A stretch of 64,000 bases of DNA from a virus (taxonomy: Duplodnaviria; Caudoviricetes): positions 7,077 to 71,076 of IMG/VR virus record IMGVR_UViG_2767802050_000001; one strand, written 5' to 3'. This document shows, one piece after another, positions 1 to 9,386 of the stretch. The notes below the pieces were generated by a model. That model made no database searches, was not told the DNA's origin, and saw nothing but the letters and a program-made list of their open reading frames with translations. A program made the translations under genes and the position numbers. Positions within the stretch are counted from its first letter, which is position 1; every line of letters begins with the position of its first letter.

Positions 1-1
1 G

Positions 2-109
2 GTGGACGCCCACAACGAGGAACTCTTCGGGGCCGCCTACGCCCACGCGGTGTGGGAGTCGCCGTCCGTCCGCCGCGCCAAGAGGGACGCCGAACCCCTG
101 CCGTTCTGA
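2..109 (+). CDS. 3' end of a truncated phage ORF (...EPLPF*)
   Basis: Open frame from base 2 to TGA 107-109, followed by a hairpin. Confidence 0.5.
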   Translation: MDAHNEELFGAAYAHAVWESPSVRRAKRDAEPLPF

Positions 110-123
110 GCCCGCACACGAGA

Positions 124-152
124 GGGCGCCCCCGCGGATATCGGGGGCGCCC
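124..152 (+). terminator. GC-rich intergenic stem-loop
   Basis: GGGCGCCCCCG(124-134)/CGGGGGCGCCC(142-152). Confidence 0.6.
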
Positions 153-188
153 CGCCCAAGGCAACCACACCCCTGAACGGAGAACCAC

Positions 189-905
189 ATGAGCTGGCAT
201 CTCGGCCGCCTCTGCGGCTTTGACCTGGAAACGACGGGCGTCGACGTCGAGCAGGACCGCATCGTCACCGCCTGCATCGTCGAAGTCGGCGGGAACACAC
301 CGCCCATCGCTGCGAAGTGGCTGATCAACCCCGGTGTCGATATCCCGGAAGCCGCCGCCGCGGTTCACGGCATCACCACCGAGAAGGCCAAGACGGAAGG
401 GCAGGACGCCGCAGAGGGCGTCGAGGAGATCGTGGCCGCCCTGACGCAGGTCGTCCTCGCGGGCACGCCCATCGTCATCATGAACGCCCCCTACGACCTC
501 ACCCTGCTGGACCGCGAGGCCCGCAGGCACGGCGTCCAGCCCCTCACCGACGTCGTCGGCGACGAACTCCACGTCGTGGACCCCCGCGTGATCGACAAGC
601 ATGTCGACACCTACCGGGCGGGAAAGCGGACGCTGACCCACCTCTGCGCCCACTACGGGGTGAAGCTCGACGGCGCCCACTCCGCTGACGCCGACGCGAT
701 CGCCGCATGCCGGATCGCCTGGCGGTTGGGCAACATGCATCCGCGGCTGGCCGAGATGCCGGTGTGGGAACTACACAAGGCACAGGCTGCTTGGCACGCC
801 GAGTGGGCCGCAGACTTCCAGCAGCACCTGCGGAGCAAGGGCAAGCCGGACGTCATCGACGGCTCGTGGCCGCTGCGCCCGGCCGCGACGGGCGGTGGCG
901 CATGA
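189..905 (+). CDS. DEDDh 3'-5' exonuclease (DNA pol III epsilon-like)
   Basis: FDLETTG (ExoI), NAPYDL (ExoII), HSADAD (ExoIII). Confidence 0.93.
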   Translation: MSWHLGRLCGFDLETTGVDVEQDRIVTACIVEVGGNTPPIAAKWLINPGVDIPEAAAAVHGITTEKAKTEGQDAAEGVEEIVAALTQVVLAGTPIVIMNAPYDLTLLDREARRHGVQPLTDVVGDELHVVDPRVIDKHVDTYRAGKRTLTHLCAHYGVKLDGAHSADADAIAACRIAWRLGNMHPRLAEMPVWELHKAQAAWHAEWAADFQQHLRSKGKPDVIDGSWPLRPAATGGGA

Positions 906-1234
906 GACTCGTCAGCGCCTCTAAGTACGCCGCCCTGCAAACCCGCTACGAGCGCACCGCCGCCGCTTTGGAGAAGGCAGAGAAGCTCGCCGCGGAACGC
1001 CAGGCCGCCAACAGCCGCCAGGCTGCCGAACTGGAGCGCCTCCGCGACAGGCACCCGGACGCGCCCGTGTTCCAGGCGCAGCCGGTCCAGGGGGATGTTG
1101 AACTGCGCCGTCAACTGAACCTGGCGCGTCGGGCCCTGCGCGAGCTGGCGGACCAGATCGACGTGTTGCAGACGTCGCATGTCGCGGACACGCGCGAGTT
1201 GCACGACCTCCGCCAGAACGGGGCGACGTCGTGA
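902..1234 (+). CDS. Hypothetical coiled-coil phage protein
   Basis: ATGA overlap with upstream gene; MRLVSASKYAALQ. Confidence 0.7.
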   Translation: MRLVSASKYAALQTRYERTAAALEKAEKLAAERQAANSRQAAELERLRDRHPDAPVFQAQPVQGDVELRRQLNLARRALRELADQIDVLQTSHVADTRELHDLRQNGATS

Positions 1235-1539
1235 ACGACCGCATCCACGCCGGTGTCACCGCCCTGTCTGTGTCGTTCGTCGGCGCTGTGGGTCTCGTCC
1301 GCTACGCCGTCACCGGCGGCCGCCGCGGCGAGCACCGTGGCCCGCGTGCCCCGCGCCGGATCGAGGTCGAGGTCCCCGGCCACCACCTGATCCCCGCCCT
1401 CGCCGGGACGGGCTGGCCTGCGACCGCGTTCCGGCACTGCATCGGCTGCCAGCGCACGGTCCCGGTCGTCGTCCACGACGGCGCCCACCGCTGCGACTAC
1501 GGCCACACCACCGTCCACACCGCGGGGGTGGCGCCGTGA
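1231..1539 (+). CDS. Hypothetical protein (N-terminal TM, CxxC)
   Basis: GTGA overlap; HCIGC...HRC. Confidence 0.7.
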   Translation: MNDRIHAGVTALSVSFVGAVGLVRYAVTGGRRGEHRGPRAPRRIEVEVPGHHLIPALAGTGWPATAFRHCIGCQRTVPVVVHDGAHRCDYGHTTVHTAGVAP

Positions 1540-1763
1540 GTGAGTGGTCGGATCTCCCGCACTTCGAGCGGCTCGCCCTGTCCGCGAACACCCGCGACGA
1601 GCAGCTGGCAGCCGCCCGCTACACGGCCGCCCAAGCCGTCGACGCCGACGACTGCCGCCAACTCCTCGACGCCCTCGGCCTACTCCCCACCCAGCCCAAA
1701 ACGAAGCGCGCGACGCCGCCGCGACCGACGACCACCGACTGCCCCACCAACACCCGGAGGTGA
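1536..1763 (+). CDS. Hypothetical protein
   Basis: GTGA overlap; DADDCRQLLDALGL. Confidence 0.65.
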   Translation: MSEWSDLPHFERLALSANTRDEQLAAARYTAAQAVDADDCRQLLDALGLLPTQPKTKRATPPRPTTTDCPTNTRR

Positions 1764-1767
1764 CGTG

Positions 1768-2493
1768 ATGCCCTTCACCCAACAAGTCGAAGACGCCTAC
1801 TGGGCTTTCGCCGTCTTCGACGACCTCGGCCACGCCCACTGGACCGGCCCGACCGCCAGCAACCAGTCCCCGAAAGTCGTCGCCGGCGAAAAACCAGAGA
1901 CCGCCTACCGCGTCGCGTTCCGCCTCCACCACGGCCGCCAGCCCGACGGCCCCGTCCACCCCGCATGCGGCATCCCCCGCTGCGTGGCCGGTGCCCACCT
2001 CATGGACGCCCCCCTGCGGCACGCCAACCCCGACACCCGCATCCGAAGGCCGTCCACCCGCCGACGCAACGCCTCACGCGCCGACGTGGTAGCGCTCCTC
2101 GCCGAAGGCCACTCCAACAAGGAGATCGGCCGGCGCCTGCACACCGACCCGCACTACGTCGGCCGCATCCGCGTGGAACTGGGGTTCCCTGCCTGGTCGC
2201 GGATCGCCCTGCCGATCGGGGAGTGCTGGGCGGCTCTGGTGCGGCCCGTGCACGGCGGGCACGCCAGGTGGGCGGGCCCGCTGCGGGACGGCATGCCGAA
2301 CCTCGTCCACGGCCAGCGCAACCACTCCGCCCGCCGAGTCGGGTTCGCTCTCGCCCACGGGCGTGAGCCGATCGGCCGCGTCCTGCCCACCTGCGGCGCC
2401 GCATGGTGCGTGGCCGGCGAGCACGCCGCGGACGCACAGATCCGCCGCGCCGACCACCTGTACAGCCGGATTTTCTCGGGAGTCGCCGCATGA
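1768..2493 (+). CDS. HTH protein flanked by two degenerate HNH-like repeats
   Basis: RBS GGAGG; two copies of WxG...A(Y/R)RV.F.L.HGR.P.G.V.P.CG...CVAG.H around LLAEGHSNKEIGRRL. Confidence 0.75.
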   Translation: MPFTQQVEDAYWAFAVFDDLGHAHWTGPTASNQSPKVVAGEKPETAYRVAFRLHHGRQPDGPVHPACGIPRCVAGAHLMDAPLRHANPDTRIRRPSTRRRNASRADVVALLAEGHSNKEIGRRLHTDPHYVGRIRVELGFPAWSRIALPIGECWAALVRPVHGGHARWAGPLRDGMPNLVHGQRNHSARRVGFALAHGREPIGRVLPTCGAAWCVAGEHAADAQIRRADHLYSRIFSGVAA

Positions 2494-3167
2494 CCGCCAC
2501 CGACACCAGCCCCGCGCCGGTCCGCAAACCCGACTGGCGCGACAACGCCGCATGCCGCCACGAGCCCAGCGAGCTGTTCTTCCCTACCGGTACCACCGGC
2601 CCGTGCGCCGTCCAGATCGAGCAAGCAAAAGCCGTGTGCCGGCGCTGCCCCTCCATCGACGCCTGCCTCACGTTCGCACTCGACGAGGGCATTCCTTCCG
2701 GGATCTTCGGCGGCCTCACCGAAGACGAACGCCGCAAGGTGCGCAGCAACAACCCCTCGAACCGGGCCAGCATCGACGCCTTCACCGGCACCTCGCGCTC
2801 CAAAGCGCAACCCATGACCCTCGCCGAATCGATGGCCGCCTACACCGAAGACGTCGACGGGCATCGACTGTGGGTCGGCGGGCTCGGCGTCCGCTTCCAG
2901 AACGTCACATACACCCCGAACCAGGTCTCCTTCTACCTCGACCGCGGCGTGTGGCCGACAGGCAAGGTCATGCGGACCTGCAAGACCGCCGGCTGCGTAC
3001 TGAGCGTGCACCTCGCGGATGAGGAAGAGCGCACCCGGTGCGGGACCACGGGCGGCTACCAGAAGCACTTGAGGGAGAAGACGAAGTCGTGCCCTGCGTG
3101 CCGTCAGGCGAATACGGACGCCGACAACCGGCTCCGACGCACCGGAACCACGAAGGCCACGGTATGA
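2490..3167 (+). CDS. whiB: WhiB-family Fe-S regulator with C-terminal HNH-like/Zn extension
   Basis: DWRDNAAC...ELFFP...AKAVCRRCP...C...GIFGG. Confidence 0.9.
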   Translation: MTATDTSPAPVRKPDWRDNAACRHEPSELFFPTGTTGPCAVQIEQAKAVCRRCPSIDACLTFALDEGIPSGIFGGLTEDERRKVRSNNPSNRASIDAFTGTSRSKAQPMTLAESMAAYTEDVDGHRLWVGGLGVRFQNVTYTPNQVSFYLDRGVWPTGKVMRTCKTAGCVLSVHLADEEERTRCGTTGGYQKHLREKTKSCPACRQANTDADNRLRRTGTTKATV

Positions 3168-3454
3168 GCGACTCGTGTGCGCACTGGATCGGCGCCGAGT
3201 CCCGTTACTGCGCGGCAACGGGCGGCGTGCGCATGTTCCTGGTCGGCCTGTGCTGCCCACTGCACACCCCGAACGCGTTGCGCGGCCTGCCGGAGCCGCA
3301 GCCGGGTCCGGGCTATCCGGTCGGGGCGTGGACGACGCCGTCGCCGATCTCCGACTCGCGGGTGCACGACGCCCGCGCGGTCGCGTCCGGCAAGAGGAGG
3401 TCCAGCCCGCACGTCTACCGCGCGGCACAGGCCGCCGTCGACAAGACCACCTGA
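3164..3454 (+). CDS. Hypothetical Cys/His protein
   Basis: ATGA overlap; CAHWIG...CCPLH. Confidence 0.7.
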   Translation: MSDSCAHWIGAESRYCAATGGVRMFLVGLCCPLHTPNALRGLPEPQPGPGYPVGAWTTPSPISDSRVHDARAVASGKRRSSPHVYRAAQAAVDKTT

Positions 3455-3512
3455 CCCCGCAGAGCAGCCCCGGCCGCAGCAACCGGCCGGGGCCCAACCC
3501 CAAGGAAACACG

Positions 3513-3776
3513 ATGACCGACCAGCCCAACACCCTCACCCCGGACGTGGTCAACGCGATCGTCCGCGACATGGACGACCCCCGCTACCCCAGCCAGATCA
3601 CCGTCTTCTGTGACCACTGCGGCGTCGAGAACACCGGCGAGTACATGGTCTCGGCGGAGATGAGGAGCCGTGAGCGTCTCGCCGTGGCCCGCCAGCACCT
3701 CGTGAACAACGAGGGCTGGGAGCACACCGACGACGGCGACGACTTCTGCCCCACACACGCCGGGAGCAGCGAGTGA
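3513..3776 (+). CDS. Hypothetical Zn-finger protein
   Basis: RBS AAGGA; CDHC...GW...DFCPTH. Confidence 0.75.
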   Translation: MTDQPNTLTPDVVNAIVRDMDDPRYPSQITVFCDHCGVENTGEYMVSAEMRSRERLAVARQHLVNNEGWEHTDDGDDFCPTHAGSSE

Positions 3777-3928
3777 TGGCCCGCTTCCTCGTCGGCCTGG
3801 TCCTCGGCGCCTGCGGGTCCGGGATCACCTACGTCGCCACCGACAGCCGCCACTGGGCCGCCATCACGGGGGCGGTGGTCTTCGTCCTGGTCTGGCTCGG
3901 CGAACTCATCCTCGACGACCTCCTCTGA
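3776..3928 (+). CDS. Small 2-TM membrane protein (50 aa)
   Basis: TGATG overlap; MARFLVGLVLGACG...AVVFVLVWLG. Confidence 0.65.
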   Translation: MARFLVGLVLGACGSGITYVATDSRHWAAITGAVVFVLVWLGELILDDLL

Positions 3929-3942
3929 AAGGCACCCACGAC

Positions 3943-4257
3943 ATGGGCTACTTCACCTCCGCCTACCTCGCCTACGGCATCCAGATCCCCGACACCGACG
4001 AGGACACCCTCGACCGCAGCATCCCCAAGGGAACCGAGGTCGGCCACCTCCGCGCCGGCAGGTACGACCGCGAGATGACGTTCCTCGTCACCGAGTGCAC
4101 CGAGGCCGACCTCGGCGACGCCGAGACCGTGAACCCCCAGCAGGCCACCCCCGAGCAGTACGCCACCTGGGACCGGGACTTGAAGGCCGCCACGGTCGCG
4201 CTCGGGGTGGCCGCTTACGGCGAGCCGTCCTGGCTGCTCATCCCGAGCGTCTCCTAG
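3943..4257 (+). CDS. Hypothetical protein
   Basis: RBS AAAGG, GC3-rich codon use. Confidence 0.75.
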   Translation: MGYFTSAYLAYGIQIPDTDEDTLDRSIPKGTEVGHLRAGRYDREMTFLVTECTEADLGDAETVNPQQATPEQYATWDRDLKAATVALGVAAYGEPSWLLIPSVS

Positions 4258-4361
4258 CCACCCTCCCCGGCGGCCGTTCCCCCACGGCCGCCCACGGGGC
4301 GCGGGAGGCCCTTCCCCCACCGCCTCCCGCGCCCCACCACCCCGCCAGATCGGAGGACCCG

Positions 4362-4676
4362 ATGCCCGTACAACCCACCCTCGACGGCACCATCCCACCG
4401 CCCGACTACCACGCCTGGGCCGACACCGTCCGACCCGCGTTCGTCCAGGTCGCCGAAACCGGCCGCCGGTTCACCACCTTCGAAGTCGCCAAGGAGTACG
4501 AGCTTCCCGAGCCGCCATGTCCCCGCGCCGACTGGGGCAATTTCGCGCAAGCCCTCGCCCGTGACGGCCTCATCGAACACTGCGGCTTCGACCGCAGCAG
4601 CCGGCCCACCGGAGAGAAGAGCGCGGTCGCCGTCTGGCGCGGCACCCGCGCCGCACAAGCCGGGAGGGCCGCATGA
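4362..4676 (+). CDS. Hypothetical winged-helix-like protein
   Basis: RBS GGAGG; MPVQPTLDG. Confidence 0.7.
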   Translation: MPVQPTLDGTIPPPDYHAWADTVRPAFVQVAETGRRFTTFEVAKEYELPEPPCPRADWGNFAQALARDGLIEHCGFDRSSRPTGEKSAVAVWRGTRAAQAGRAA

Positions 4677-4753
4677 GCTGCCCCCGCTGCCACGCCCCCG
4701 TCAGCCCCGGCCGTGGTTTCTGCGGCGCCTGCAACGCACCCATCGGCCAGTAG
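4673..4753 (+). CDS. 26-aa zinc-ribbon micropeptide
   Basis: ATGA overlap, RBS GGAGG; MSCPRCHAPVSPGRGFCGACNAPIGQ. Confidence 0.6.
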   Translation: MSCPRCHAPVSPGRGFCGACNAPIGQ

Positions 4754-4767
4754 CCGCACACGACAAA

Positions 4768-4785
4768 GCCCCGCCGTGGCGGGGC
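4768..4785. terminator. Hairpin between convergent genes
   Basis: GCCCCGCC-GT-GGCGGGGC. Confidence 0.55.
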
Positions 4786-4810
4786 CAAGGAGAAGAGAGG
4801 AGGAGTGGTG

Positions 4811-5020
4811 TCAGGACTCGGGAGTGGCGAGCACGCGTTGTTCGCCGAGCGCAGCCAGTGCGCGCTCGTAGAAGTCCATTCCCACGATCACGGCCACCCG
4901 CTTGCCGCGACTGGTCAGCACGGTCGTCTCGTCGCTGTAGCGGGCACGGCCCACGGCGTCGGCGAACGAGTTGCGGACGTCGGCGATCCGTTCCTCGTGC
5001 TCAATCTTTGGCGCGGTCAT
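4811..5020 (-). CDS. Phd/YefM-family antitoxin (orphan)
   Basis: IADVRNSFADAVGRA...TVLTSRGKRVAVIV. Confidence 0.85.
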   Translation of the reverse strand: MTAPKIEHEERIADVRNSFADAVGRARYSDETTVLTSRGKRVAVIVGMDFYERALAALGEQRVLATPES

Positions 5021-5089
5021 AGCGAGATGGTAACGCAAACCCTTCAAAGGCTCTATGGGCTACATGTACATAAGCGCTATGATGTACCC

Positions 5090-5563
5090 GTGAAGCAAGG
5101 TGAATGGCACCGCTCGTGCCAACACAAGAGCTACCGCCTGACCTGCGCCGACTACGAAGCCCTCGTGGCCGAAGCGGGGAACCGGTGCCAGATTTGCGGT
5201 ACGCCAGGCCCCAGCACGTGGCGCCGCAAGCTGGTCATCGATCACGACCACGAGGTCGGCCAGTGGGCTGTACGAGGACTCCTCTGCCCGCCCTGCAACA
5301 CGACTCTTCCCGAAGGGCGTACCCCGGCGGCCGAGCAGGCTGCATACCTGGCCGCGCCCTGGTATGCGCGCTTCGTTCAGCCGCTCACGCTCCCGGAACC
5401 GGATGACGGTGCAGGCGTGAGCGATGGCATCAACGGCCTCTGGGAGCGCAGCGGAGACCTCTGGTTCCCCCGCAAGGGCTACTACCGCGAACCCCGGACC
5501 TGGCAATGGCTCCTGCACATGTTCGGACCGCACCGCATTCGTATCCCCAAGGAGCAAGCGTGA
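5090..5563 (+). CDS. Endonuclease VII domain protein
   Basis: YRLT..DYE.L...CQICG...LVIDHDH...VRGLLCPPCN. Confidence 0.85.
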   Translation: MKQGEWHRSCQHKSYRLTCADYEALVAEAGNRCQICGTPGPSTWRRKLVIDHDHEVGQWAVRGLLCPPCNTTLPEGRTPAAEQAAYLAAPWYARFVQPLTLPEPDDGAGVSDGINGLWERSGDLWFPRKGYYREPRTWQWLLHMFGPHRIRIPKEQA

Positions 5564-6336
5564 CCGAGATCCTGACCGCCTCCGAGAGCAGCGCCCTTAC
5601 CGAGCATGAGGCCGTCATCGAGCGCGGCATCAAGACCTTCTATGAGGTAGGCATGGCGCTCGCCGACATCCGCGACCGGCGTCTGTACCGCGCCGGGCAT
5701 GGCACCTTCGAGGACTACTGCCAGCAGCGGTGGCAGATGAGCAAGACCCACGCCAACCGCATGATCCAGGCAGCCGAGGTCGTGGACAGCGTGACACCAA
5801 TTGGTGTCACGGCCCCCGCCACCGAAAGCCAGGCCCGCGAGCTCGGCCGTGTGCCGGAGCCGGAGCGCGCCGAGGTCTGGGCCGAGACCGTCGAGCGCAC
5901 CGACGGCAAGCCCACCGCAGCCGCCGTCCGCGAGACATACGAGCAGCGGCAGCAGCCCGACGACGCCCTCCTCGACGGAGACGACTGGGTCCAGCCCGCC
6001 GGCCCCGGCTTCGAAGCAGCCGTCACCCCGCCGCCGAAGCCGAAGCGCCGCCCCCTCCCCGAGGCCCTCACTGACGCCGGCCGCGACCTCGCGCGCACCG
6101 CCGAACGTCTCGTCCGCCTCACCGAAGACGACCGGTTCCCCAGGAACCGGGACACCACCCACCACCAGATGCCCGAACTCCTCGGTGCCCTGGACAACAC
6201 CACCCGCCTGATCCAGGCCATGCACCTCGACCAGGCCCAGACAAGCGAAGAGGCCCGCCGCTGGTGGGCGACGAGCCTCCACAACATCTCCGACGCCCTC
6301 ACCGACGTCGCCAACTCCCTCGAACAGGAGAAGTAA
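5560..6336 (+). CDS. Phage DNA-binding protein (DUF3102-like N-terminus)
   Basis: EVGMALADIRDRRLYR..HGTFEDYCQQRWQMS..ANRMI. Confidence 0.7.
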   Translation: MTEILTASESSALTEHEAVIERGIKTFYEVGMALADIRDRRLYRAGHGTFEDYCQQRWQMSKTHANRMIQAAEVVDSVTPIGVTAPATESQARELGRVPEPERAEVWAETVERTDGKPTAAAVRETYEQRQQPDDALLDGDDWVQPAGPGFEAAVTPPPKPKRRPLPEALTDAGRDLARTAERLVRLTEDDRFPRNRDTTHHQMPELLGALDNTTRLIQAMHLDQAQTSEEARRWWATSLHNISDALTDVANSLEQEK

Positions 6337-7217
6337 TGAACAACCCCATCGTACCCAGCACCACCCACGACGGCCCGATCTACACCGTCGTCGACATCAC
6401 TCCCGACCTCGCCAAGAAGTGGCTCGCCCAAAACACCCACAACCGCAACCTCCGCGAGCGCGTCGTCAACGGCTACGCCGCCGACATGCGCGACGGGAAC
6501 TGAGTCGAAGACGGCCAGAGCATCAAGTTCGCCAAGGGCGACATCGTCCTCCTCGACAACCCGCCCGTCATCGGCGGCGCGCTCCTCGACGGCCAGCACC
6601 GCCTCAGCGCCGTCGCCACCGCCAACACCACCATCCGCATGCTCGTCGTCTCCAACCTGCTCGACAGCACGCAGGAGACCATGGACACCGGCGCCAAGCG
6701 CAGCCTCGGCGACGTCCTCAAACTCCGCGGCGAGGAGCACTACGTCTCCCTGGCCGCCGCCCTTCTCCGCGTCTTCGTGTGGAAGCACGGAGCCCGCCGC
6801 AACCTCAGGCTTGCAGGGGAAGCGCGCCCGACGCACCGCCAGCTCCTCAAGGTCCTCGAAGAGCACCCCGAACTGCGGCGTTCCGCCGAGATCGCAGGCC
6901 GCGTCAGGAGCTCCGTTCGCCTCACGTCCAGCACCGCCGGCCTGTGTCACTGGCTCTTCAACCAGATCGATCAGGGCGACTGCGCCTTCTTCTTCGCCCG
7001 CCTCTGCGACGGCGCTGGCCTGATGCCCGGTGACCCCGTCTACGCCCTGCGTCGTGTGGTGGAGAACCTCGCCAAGGGGACCGGCCGCCCCGACGAGGCG
7101 TACATGACCGCGTTGGTGATCAAGGCGTGGAACCTCTACCGGGCTGGCCAGGAAGTCCAAACGCTCGCCTTCAAGTCCGGCGGAGCGACCCCTGAGGCGT
7201 ACCCCGAGCCCAAGTAG
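6336..7217 (+). pseudogene. ParB/Srx-like (DGQHR) protein interrupted by an in-frame TGA at 6501-6503
   Basis: ITPDLAKKWL..NTHNRNL...YAADMRDGN*VEDGQSIKF...LLDGQHRL continues in the same frame to TAG 7217. Confidence 0.85.
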
Positions 7218-7289
7218 CACCACCCGCGGGGCCGTCCACCGCGACGGCCCCGCCTCTCTCCCAGATCAGAACGAACGAGAGAAGCACCG

Positions 7290-8291
7290 ATGCCCTGGTT
7301 CAAGATCGATGACAAGGCGCACTCCCACCCCAAGTTCATGAGGGCTGGAAACGCCGCGCTCGGTCTCTGGCTGCGCTGCGGCTCCTACAGCGCCCAGCAC
7401 CTCACCGAGGGCATCATCCCGGGCCCCATCGCCCAGATGTACGGCACCGCCCCACAGGCCGCGAAGCTCGTCAAGACCGGCCTGTGGCACGAACACGGCC
7501 ACACCTGCGAGCGCTGCCCGCAGCCGAGCGCCGGCGACTACGTCGTCCACGACTTCTTCGAGGCCGGCCGCAACACCACCCGCGCCCAGTACGAGGCCAA
7601 CAAGAACGCCGCCGCCGACCGCGCTGCGAAGAGCCGCGCGGCACGAAAAGCCGCCGGAACCGAAGACGAATCGTCGACGAAAACGAATCGATTCGAAGAC
7701 GAATCGAAGACGAATCGTCCTCGAAAAGACCCCCACTTTTCGGAACCAACCGCAGGTCAGGACGTGCTGTCACACCGCACGCCTGCTGACGGTGTCACAC
7801 ATACCCATGCCACTACCACGCCTTTGCCGGGTACTTCCTCCGGAAGTACCCCTGCTGCAGCACGCGGGCGCGAAGCCGATCCACCGATCCGTTCCTGGGA
7901 CACCCTCGGCGACCTCAAACGCGCCATCGCCGAAGCCGGACTCACCGGCGTCAGCTGGAACCTCCAGCCCTCCCAGATCGAACGCACCCGCCAAGTCCGG
8001 GACCGCATCGGCATCGCCCCCATGGTCGCCATGGCCGTCGGCAACGCCAACTACCGCGGCCTGCCCGGAAGCGCCAGCGCATGGATCGCCGACTGGGAAT
8101 CCCTCGAACCCGAAGCCGCACCCCAGCAGCCAGCAGCCAGCCAACTCCCCGCCGCCGTCGGCGACAACGTCCTCCGCTTCCAGCCCGGCGCCCAACGCCC
8201 AGCCACCACGGACCTCCGCGTCCAACAGGCCGTCGACACCGGCCGCCGCCTCCAAGCCCTCGCCGACGCCCAGAACCAGGAGAACCAGTGA
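7290..8291 (+). CDS. Phage replication initiator
   Basis: MPWFKIDDKAHSHPK..AGNAALGLW...GLW...YVVHDF N-terminus; internal iterons; precedes loader-like gene. Confidence 0.8.
   Translation: MPWFKIDDKAHSHPKFMRAGNAALGLWLRCGSYSAQHLTEGIIPGPIAQMYGTAPQAAKLVKTGLWHEHGHTCERCPQPSAGDYVVHDFFEAGRNTTRAQYEANKNAAADRAAKSRAARKAAGTEDESSTKTNRFEDESKTNRPRKDPHFSEPTAGQDVLSHRTPADGVTHTHATTTPLPGTSSGSTPAAARGREADPPIRSWDTLGDLKRAIAEAGLTGVSWNLQPSQIERTRQVRDRIGIAPMVAMAVGNANYRGLPGSASAWIADWESLEPEAAPQQPAASQLPAAVGDNVLRFQPGAQRPATTDLRVQQAVDTGRRLQALADAQNQENQ
7661..7717 (+). repeat. Iteron array, putative phage origin
   Basis: CGAA(G/A)ACGAATCG at 7661, 7678, 7694, 7705 in an AT-richer patch inside the initiator gene. Confidence 0.7.
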
Positions 8292-9019
8292 TCACCTTCG
8301 AAGACGCGGGGCGCATCCTCGGCCTCGCCGCGGCCCGCGACCAACGCATCGTCGGAGACGCCGACGTCCTCGCCTGGTCCGCCGACCTCTCCGCAGCCGG
8401 CCTCACGCTCGCCGACGCCGAAGCCGCACTCACGGTCTTCTACCAGGAGATGGCCGCCCGCCAGCCGCAGGACCGGTTCCGGGTAACCGCGGTCGACCTC
8501 ATCGACATCGCCAAGCGGGCCCGACGCGAACGCGTCGCCAACCTCCGCTACGACGGCGACCCCGACGAAACCCCCCAGCAGTACCTCAACCGGCTCCGCG
8601 CCCGCACCGCCGCTCTCGCTGACGGACGCATCGGACCCGACACCGGACTCCGCGCACTCGGCCCCGGCAGCCCCGACCCGCGGCTGATGCGCGAACTCGC
8701 CGCCGTCGGCCATGACGTACCCGGAGACGACCCCACCAGCACCCGCCGGCCGGTACGAGTCGGCCCGCTCACCGTGGCGTGCCCCGCCTGCCTCGCGCCC
8801 CTCGGCAAGCACTGCCGCAGCAACGGCCGCCCCCGCACCGTCGCCCACGCCGCCCGCCGCCGTGCCGCACGCGACGCGCACGACCTGCCCCGCGAGGACA
8901 GCGCGCAGATCGCCGCCCGCAAGGAAGCCTCCGCCGCCCACCTCAACCAGCTCACCGCCGAGCAGCGCGCCGAACTCGAACAGTTCCAGCAGCAGCTCAC
9001 CGAGGAGACCGGCACATGA
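8288..9019 (+). CDS. Helicase loader/inhibitor-like protein with C-terminal Zn finger
   Basis: RILGLAAARDQR...DVLAW N-terminus; CPACLAPLGKHC...H. Confidence 0.65.
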   Translation: MITFEDAGRILGLAAARDQRIVGDADVLAWSADLSAAGLTLADAEAALTVFYQEMAARQPQDRFRVTAVDLIDIAKRARRERVANLRYDGDPDETPQQYLNRLRARTAALADGRIGPDTGLRALGPGSPDPRLMRELAAVGHDVPGDDPTSTRRPVRVGPLTVACPACLAPLGKHCRSNGRPRTVAHAARRRAARDAHDLPREDSAQIAARKEASAAHLNQLTAEQRAELEQFQQQLTEETGT

Positions 9020-9177
9020 GCAGCAACCCGCCCGCCTGGTCGATCCGCTGCCCCTGGTGCGGCGCCCCGCCCGGATCCCGCTGCACCAGCCCCCGCGGCC
9101 GGCGCCTGCCCATCGAATCCCACGACGCACGCCACACCGCCTGGAACCAGACCAACCGCACCGAGGAGTCCCGATGA
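9016..9177 (+). CDS. Small phage zinc-finger protein
   Basis: CPWCGAPPGSRC...HDAR. Confidence 0.75.
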   Translation: MSSNPPAWSIRCPWCGAPPGSRCTSPRGRRLPIESHDARHTAWNQTNRTEESR

Positions 9178-9386
9178 AGCCCGAGACCGAATTCGCCAAC
9201 GCGGCCCGACGCCTGCGCGCTAACCCGGATGCCCAGCTGGAGCCGGAAGTCGTGGAGTACCTGGCTGACTGGCTGGGCTGCCTGCCCATGCTTGACCCGT
9301 CCGAGCGTGGCGGTGACGAGTGCGGCTGGTGCGGGACCAATCACGCCCTGCAGATCGCCCGCGTCGTGAACGGGACGAGCCGATGA
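9174..9386 (+). CDS. Hypothetical protein
   Basis: ATGA overlap; LADWL...ALQIAR. Confidence 0.7.
   Translation: MKPETEFANAARRLRANPDAQLEPEVVEYLADWLGCLPMLDPSERGGDECGWCGTNHALQIARVVNGTSR

Noticed and set aside
6501-6503. Genome-wide TGA recoding or selenocysteine
   Set aside because: TGA is the normal stop for most genes here; only one in-frame case and no suppressor tRNA
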